Below are positions 58,684-64,000 of a DNA stretch of 64,000 nucleotides, piece after piece (positions within the stretch are counted from its first letter, which is position 1; every line of letters begins with the position of its first letter). A program made the position numbers and the translations under genes. The notes beneath the pieces are model-generated. The model saw only the letters and a list, made by a program, of their open reading frames with translations. It searched no databases and was not told the origin of the DNA. Source of the stretch: Deltaproteobacteria bacterium (GTDB taxonomy: Bacteria; Myxococcota_A; Polyangia; JACPQR01); the NCBI GenBank assembly GCA_016190375.1, contig JACPQR010000184.1:1370-65369 (forward strand), written 5' to 3'.

Positions 58684-60171
58684 ATGCCTGGGAAAATGGG
58701 ACGAGAAGCGTGCTCGAGTCATCTGCGCCACGCGGAATCTCCGAGGCGCTCCCCCGACGCTAGTTGGGCCGTTCTCGCTGCCGTGATCGCCACGGCGCCT
58801 GTCGGCGCGCGGGCGCAAGCGGCCCCGCCGCCCGCAGACGTCCTGCCAGCCCCGCAGGTCGACGTGGGCGATGACGCCGCTGCTCCTCCCTCGGAGCCCG
58901 CCGCGCCCGTGGGCGAGGCGACGTCGCCGGCTCCCGCGGAACGGAGCGCCGCAGGTTCGGCCGAGCCCGAGCCGACGGAGGAGAACGAGACCGCGCGGCG
59001 TGTGGAGATCCTCACCGAGGAGGTCCAGCGGCTGCGCGAGCGGCTCGTCCTGCCCGAGACCGAGGAGAACCGGAGCCGCTTCGGGCTCGGGCCGGCCGCG
59101 AGCCGCGTCTACGGCATCGAGCGAGGTCTGTCGATCGGTGGGTACGGCGAGCTGCACTTCCAGGGGATCGTATCCGACCGGAGCGAGGGTGAGACCAACG
59201 TCTTCGACATCCCGCGGGTGGTCCTGTACGCGGGCTACAAGTTCACCCCGAAGATCCTCGTCAACATCGAGCTCGAGTTCGAGCACGCCAAGGATGCAGA
59301 GGTCGAGTTCGCGTACCTCGATTTCCTCCTGCACGACGCGGTCGCGGTCCGAGCCGGCCTCGTGCTGCTGCCCGTGGGTCTGGTCAACGAGCTCCACGAG
59401 CCGCCGTTCTTCAACGGCAACCTCCGCCCTCTGGTGGAGCGGCGGCTCATCCCGACCACGTGGAGAGAGCTCGGCGTCGGTCTCGTCGGCGAGCCGATCG
59501 AGGGCCTCGACTACCGCGTCTACCTGGTCACCGGAATGCGCTCGACGGGCTTCGGCCCCGGCGGCTGGGCCGCGGGACGCCAGCATGCCAGGCAGGCGAT
59601 CGGGAACGACGTCGCGGTCGTCGGCCGGCTGGACTACGAGGTCGTGCCCGAGCTCGTGGTCGGGGCCAGCGCGTACTGGGGCGGCGCCGACCAGGGCGAG
59701 CTCACCGTCAACGATGGCGGCGAGGTGTCGGTCGACACCGCCATGTTCGAGGCACACGCGCGGCTGCGCACCCGGGGCTTCGAGATGAAGGCGCTCGGAG
59801 CCTACGGGCTCGTTCGCAATGCCGCCCACGTAGCCCTGAAGCTCGATCCCGAGGGAACGGCGACGATCGGCTCGAGGCTCGCCGGGGCCTACGCGGAGGT
59901 CTCCTACGATCTCGTTCCGCTCTTCGCTCCGGACGCACCATTCTCGATCTCGCCCTGGGCGCGCGTCGAATGGCTCGACACAGAGCTCGAGGTCCCGGAG
60001 CTCTCGGGAAGGCCCGACGACTCGAGCCAGAACGTCACCGCGGTGGCGGTGGGCATCGCGGCGAAGCCCCACACCAACGTCGTCCTGAAGGCCGAGTATC
60101 TCGATCAGCGCAACGCCGCGGGAGCGCGAATGGCCGACTCCGTGTTCGTCGGCGCGGGGTTCATCTTCTGA
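58684..60171 (+). CDS. Outer-membrane porin (OprO/P-like) with N-terminal coiled coil
   Basis: IGGYGELH, ELEFEH, HEPPFF, IPTTWRE, C-terminal F. Confidence 0.8.
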   Translation: MPGKMGREACSSHLRHAESPRRSPDASWAVLAAVIATAPVGARAQAAPPPADVLPAPQVDVGDDAAAPPSEPAAPVGEATSPAPAERSAAGSAEPEPTEENETARRVEILTEEVQRLRERLVLPETEENRSRFGLGPAASRVYGIERGLSIGGYGELHFQGIVSDRSEGETNVFDIPRVVLYAGYKFTPKILVNIELEFEHAKDAEVEFAYLDFLLHDAVAVRAGLVLLPVGLVNELHEPPFFNGNLRPLVERRLIPTTWRELGVGLVGEPIEGLDYRVYLVTGMRSTGFGPGGWAAGRQHARQAIGNDVAVVGRLDYEVVPELVVGASAYWGGADQGELTVNDGGEVSVDTAMFEAHARLRTRGFEMKALGAYGLVRNAAHVALKLDPEGTATIGSRLAGAYAEVSYDLVPLFAPDAPFSISPWARVEWLDTELEVPELSGRPDDSSQNVTAVAVGIAAKPHTNVVLKAEYLDQRNAAGARMADSVFVGAGFIF

Positions 60172-61619
60172 TGGGAGCTCTTCGAATGTGCGACCCGATC
60201 GTGGTCCTCGGTGGTGGTCCCTGCGGTCTGTCGGCGGCGTGGGAGCTCGCCGATCTGGGCTTGCCCGTTCGTGTGATCGAGAAGGAATGGGCGCCGGGTG
60301 GTCTGTGCGCGACCGTCGAGCAGGAGGGGTGGCGCTTCGATCTCGGGGGACATCGGTTCATCACCTCGAACGAGAAGCTGCAGCATCGCGTGCTGACGCT
60401 GATGGGCGACATCTTCGTCGAGGCGGAGCGCAGGAGCGTCGTCCTCGCCGGCGGCCGGCGCTTCCGATACCCGCTCGAGGCGCGCGACCTCGCGAAGAAC
60501 CTCGGGCTCTTCGAGGGGGCGCGCGCCATCGCGGGCTGGGGCAGCGAGGTCCTGCGCCGACCCTTCGCCCGGCGCGACGACCGCACGTTCGAGGGCTGGG
60601 TGACGGCGAGGTTCGGCCGGCCGCTGTACGACCGGTTCTTCGGCCCGTATACGCAGAAGCTCTGGGGCATGCCGCCCTCCGAGATCTCGGGGGACTGGGC
60701 GGCGCAGAGGATCTCTCTCATCAACCTCGGCGACGTCGCGCTCCGGCTCGCCGGCCTGAGGCGATCCGAGGTGCGGACCTACGCTCGCCGCTACCTGTAC
60801 CCCAGGCTCGGGATGGGCCAGATGTTCGCGCGGCTGGCGACCTCGCTCGAGGACCGCGACGTCGGGATCGATCTCGGCTCGGAGGTCACCGGGCTCGAGA
60901 GGATGCGCGACGGCCGGATCGGTGCCGTTCGTTTCCGTTGCGGCAGCTTCGAGTGCGAGGTTCCCTGCTCGGCGGTGATCTCGACGATCCCGCTCGGCAC
61001 TCTCGTTCGTCACCTCCGCCCGGAAGGCGACGCGGAGCTCGACGTTCACGCGAGGCGCCTGCGCTTCCGCGCGCTCCGGTTCCTCAACATCCGGCTCGAC
61101 CTGCCCGAGGTCTCGGAGAACACCTGGACCTACGTCTCCGATCGCGACGTTCCGGTGAGCCGGATCCAGGAGCCGAGGAACCGAAGCCCAGAGATGGCTC
61201 CGGCTGGAAGGACCTCGCTGATGCTGGAGATCCCCTGCGAGAAGGGCGACCGCACGTGGAGCGCCGACGATGCCGAGCTGCTGTCCGAGATGCTCGGCCA
61301 CCTGCGCGGGCTCGGCTTCGATCTCGACCGCCACGTACTCGGCGCGGCCTCGACCTGGGTGGAGCACGGCTACCCCATCTACCACCTGGGCTACCGGGAG
61401 GACTGCGAGGCGCTCCTCACCGAGGTCGATCGATTCGAGAACGTGTGGACGGCGGGTCGTCAGGGCCTCTTCCGCTACATCTTCATGGACGCCGCGATGG
61501 AGATGGGGATCGAGGCGGCCCGCCAGGCTGCGACGGGAAGGCGAGGGGACCGCGGACGCATCTACGAGCACCGGCGGGAGAAGCAGCTCCTCGAGACGCA
61601 GGCGTTGACCGCCGCATGA
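60171..61619 (+). CDS. FAD-dependent oxidoreductase (UDP-galactopyranose mutase/protoporphyrinogen oxidase-like)
   Basis: VLGGGPCGL, DLGGHRF, YTQKLWG, GRQGLFRY. Confidence 0.85.
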   Translation: MGALRMCDPIVVLGGGPCGLSAAWELADLGLPVRVIEKEWAPGGLCATVEQEGWRFDLGGHRFITSNEKLQHRVLTLMGDIFVEAERRSVVLAGGRRFRYPLEARDLAKNLGLFEGARAIAGWGSEVLRRPFARRDDRTFEGWVTARFGRPLYDRFFGPYTQKLWGMPPSEISGDWAAQRISLINLGDVALRLAGLRRSEVRTYARRYLYPRLGMGQMFARLATSLEDRDVGIDLGSEVTGLERMRDGRIGAVRFRCGSFECEVPCSAVISTIPLGTLVRHLRPEGDAELDVHARRLRFRALRFLNIRLDLPEVSENTWTYVSDRDVPVSRIQEPRNRSPEMAPAGRTSLMLEIPCEKGDRTWSADDAELLSEMLGHLRGLGFDLDRHVLGAASTWVEHGYPIYHLGYREDCEALLTEVDRFENVWTAGRQGLFRYIFMDAAMEMGIEAARQAATGRRGDRGRIYEHRREKQLLETQALTAA

Positions 61620-63142
61620 GGACGAACGAGATGAAACGGACGACAAGGACGCTCGCAGCGCTGATGCTGACCGGCTTGCCCGCCGTCGCGGCGGGAGCCG
61701 ACCCGCCGAGGCACCCGCGCGCCAGGCCGCTCGGCGCGGAGCAGAGGATCGCCGAGACGACGCTCCTCGGCGGCGCGGTCGAGGCGGAGGTGGAGGCGGC
61801 GGAGGTCGCCTTCACCACGCCGACCTTCTGGAACGGCGCCCCGCAGGACGGGCTGGCCGACGTGCACTTCGAGGTGCAGCTCCGCTACGCGGCGACGCGC
61901 GTGCTCGGCGGCCGCAACGCCGGCGAGTTCGTGCCCTACCAGAAGGTGCACGTCCGGATCGAGAACACGACGACGGCGTCGGAGGAGAACGTCCTCGAGA
62001 TGGACCTGGCGCCGCACGTCGGGCACGGCGAGGGCTGGCACTACGCGTCCAACGTGCTCCTGCCGCCCGGTGACGACGAGGTCGATCCGTTCAACGACGT
62101 CTACCGCGTCACGGTCACGATCGAGCTCGGACTGCCAGTGATGCTCCACGTCGACTCGATGCCCGCGTCGAGGCTGTTCCAGGAGGGGCAGCCGACCGTC
62201 GTCTTCGACGGCGACGTCGTCTTCGGTGGCATCAGCGGCCTGCCGGTGGGCGACGTGACGGCTCAGCTCGAGCGGGTCCAGGCGTACGCCGACATGAAGG
62301 CGGCGCTGGACGCGGGGGACCTCGACGGAGCCCTCGAAGCATTCGAGTCGACGCTCGAGGAGCCGTTCGGCGACAGGATGGATCCGGCCGGCTACGACGC
62401 CTCGCGAGGGCTCGACTCGCACGAGCTCGCGGACCTGTTGCCGAACGTCGTCGATGCCCTGGTCCAGGAGGAGGTGGGGCCGGACTGCCTCGTCGACTCG
62501 GAGGTCGTCTCGGCCGAGTGCGAGGAGTGGATCGAGAAGGGAACGGCGCGGTTCTTCTACCTCTCGGTCCTGCACGAGATCGACGAGTGTCTGGGCGACG
62601 TCGCCGAGGGAGACCTCGACGCGGTGGACGGCGCGGCGCACAAGTGGGACGAGGCCTGGGCGTACTCCCAGGCGCTCGGCGAGCTGGTCTCGAAGCGCGA
62701 GACCAACTGCGACGCGGGCCGGTTCGGCGCGGCCATCGATTGCGCGATCGGCGAGGACCTCGCCCGCGCGCTCCTGGATGGCGCCAGCGCGCTCGTCGTC
62801 TCGGGCGGCGTCGGGCTCGACACCGCGATCGCAGGGGTCGAGCGACGGCTCGTTCAGATCTTCTATCTCGGCGTCGTCCACGAGATCATCGCGATGCGCG
62901 AGAAGGTGCTCGCGGCGGACGACGCCGGGTACAACAAGGCGAGGGTCGAGGCCAGGGCCTTCTACCGGACGATCGCGCACCTGGTCGGCGCGGCGGACGA
63001 CGCCGTCCTCGACGCTGCGTTCGAGGATCGCGAGCCGGACCTCGGGCGGGACGAGGCCGTTGAGCTCGTCCAGAGCGTCGGAGGCGCGCTGGACGATGTG
63101 CTCCTGCCCGCGGACCTCGCCGACCCGGAGGTGATGCAATGA
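61616..63142 (+). CDS. Secreted P19/Tp34-like iron-transport domain fused to a helical FEA1/imelysin-like domain
   Basis: DVHFE...GEFVPY...GWHYASNV; C-terminal HEIDE, HKWDEAWAY, HEI; alternative start 61631. Confidence 0.7.
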   Translation: MRTNEMKRTTRTLAALMLTGLPAVAAGADPPRHPRARPLGAEQRIAETTLLGGAVEAEVEAAEVAFTTPTFWNGAPQDGLADVHFEVQLRYAATRVLGGRNAGEFVPYQKVHVRIENTTTASEENVLEMDLAPHVGHGEGWHYASNVLLPPGDDEVDPFNDVYRVTVTIELGLPVMLHVDSMPASRLFQEGQPTVVFDGDVVFGGISGLPVGDVTAQLERVQAYADMKAALDAGDLDGALEAFESTLEEPFGDRMDPAGYDASRGLDSHELADLLPNVVDALVQEEVGPDCLVDSEVVSAECEEWIEKGTARFFYLSVLHEIDECLGDVAEGDLDAVDGAAHKWDEAWAYSQALGELVSKRETNCDAGRFGAAIDCAIGEDLARALLDGASALVVSGGVGLDTAIAGVERRLVQIFYLGVVHEIIAMREKVLAADDAGYNKARVEARAFYRTIAHLVGAADDAVLDAAFEDREPDLGRDEAVELVQSVGGALDDVLLPADLADPEVMQ

Positions 63143-63780
63143 AACGACTGATCGTGCTGTCGATCGTGGCCGCCGGGTGCAGCGAGATCCCCACCGGCGA
63201 AGAGGCCATGCCGGAGCTCCCGCAGGAGGTCGTGATCTTCGACAAGCCCATCGCGGGAGGCGCGGTGACCTGCAAGCTCGAGTTCGCTCCGCTCGGGATC
63301 GTGTACGCCGAGGACATCCTCGAGGAGCTGACGGCCAACGGCGGCCCGGACTTCCACGGCGAGGCGCAGATCCGGTATGCGGCTCCGATCCTGGGAGGCA
63401 GGGCCGCGGGAGACTTCGTGCCCTACCTCGACGTCCAGATGGCCATCGAGAACCTCGAGACCGGGGCGCGCTGGGAAGGGGCGCTCTTGCCCGGCTCGGG
63501 GCTGATGGACGGCTGGCACTACATGGCCGACGTCGACCTCGACGGCACCATCGGTCTATCGAGCGCCGGCTACCAGGCCGAGGTCGACATGAGGCTCGGC
63601 GAGGGCGTGATCCTGCACGAGGACGTGCTCGAGGCCCGGGACGGGACTTTCCTGGGCTCCGAGCCGATCCACGTGGAGGGCCCGTTCACGCTCGAGGACC
63701 TCGCCAGTCCCCCGGCCGAGGAAGAAGGTTCAGCGGCGGAAACCGAGGAACCCGCCCCCGGAATGGGGTATGGATATTAG
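63139..63780 (+). CDS. P19/Tp34-like iron-transport lipoprotein
   Basis: AAGC lipobox; DFHGE...GDFVPYL...DGWHY. Confidence 0.7.
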   Translation: MKRLIVLSIVAAGCSEIPTGEEAMPELPQEVVIFDKPIAGGAVTCKLEFAPLGIVYAEDILEELTANGGPDFHGEAQIRYAAPILGGRAAGDFVPYLDVQMAIENLETGARWEGALLPGSGLMDGWHYMADVDLDGTIGLSSAGYQAEVDMRLGEGVILHEDVLEARDGTFLGSEPIHVEGPFTLEDLASPPAEEEGSAAETEEPAPGMGYGY

Positions 63781-63793
63781 CGTCGGTGCGAGT

Positions 63794-64000
63794 ATGACGA
63801 GATCTCGTTGGACGGTTTGCGCTCTGGTGGCTCTCGGCCTTCTCGCCGTCGTCCCCGACGGCCGCGCGGAGGTGTTCCACTCCAAGGAGTCGGCCCTGCG
63901 GCTGGCGTTCCCCGCGGCGGGCCGGGTCGAGACCAGGACGCTCTTCCTCACGGAGGCGCAGCGGTCGGCCGTCGAGGAGCGCGCCGGCTCGAGCCTCGAG
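63794..64000 (+). CDS. Probable FMN-binding protein (partial, runs off window)
   Basis: Signal peptide, then VFHSKESALRLAFP...TLFLTEAQ; absent from the ORF track because it is open-ended. Confidence 0.6.
   Translation, partial: MTRSRWTVCALVALGLLAVVPDGRAEVFHSKESALRLAFPAAGRVETRTLFLTEAQRSAVEERAGSSLE

Overview
Very GC-rich, gene-dense chromosomal DNA. Gene content (Cys-rich secreted proteins, a MYXO-CTERM-like tail, a TonB-fused receptor, AgmX/ExbD-like proteins) suggests a Myxococcota/deltaproteobacterial genome; this is inference. About 55 CDS include the argH 3' end and lysA, a P1B-ATPase homolog lacking its catalytic motifs, an ECF sigma-ZAS-TM-FecR fusion, hicB-hicA, ftcd with a C2H2-like insert, a BlaI/M56-TolC-adaptor-CusA efflux operon, a HlyD-ABC-TetR operon, an Hsp70-like protein, a GH13 amylase, rluA, tex, two SGNH hydrolases and a MoxR/VWA pair. 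At the right end is a probable Fur-type-regulated iron-uptake locus: porin, FAD oxidoreductase, two P19/Tp34-like proteins (one fused to a FEA1-like helical domain), an FMN-binding protein and a divergent GT-C-like membrane protein. No rRNA, tRNA, CRISPR array or intact transposase was seen. The least-explained signal is a set of small non-autonomous insertions. Three have different terminal inverted repeats (TIRs) and target-site duplications (TSDs; 8 bp, CTAG, 9 bp) but all carry internal inverted short-tandem-repeat arms. One interrupts hicA and one carries a deleted four-helix-bundle gene. Also present are a tandem in-frame 39-bp palindromic insertion in a signal peptide and a synonymously diverged copy of the exbD 3' end. 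All calls come from reading motifs by eye; no searches were run.
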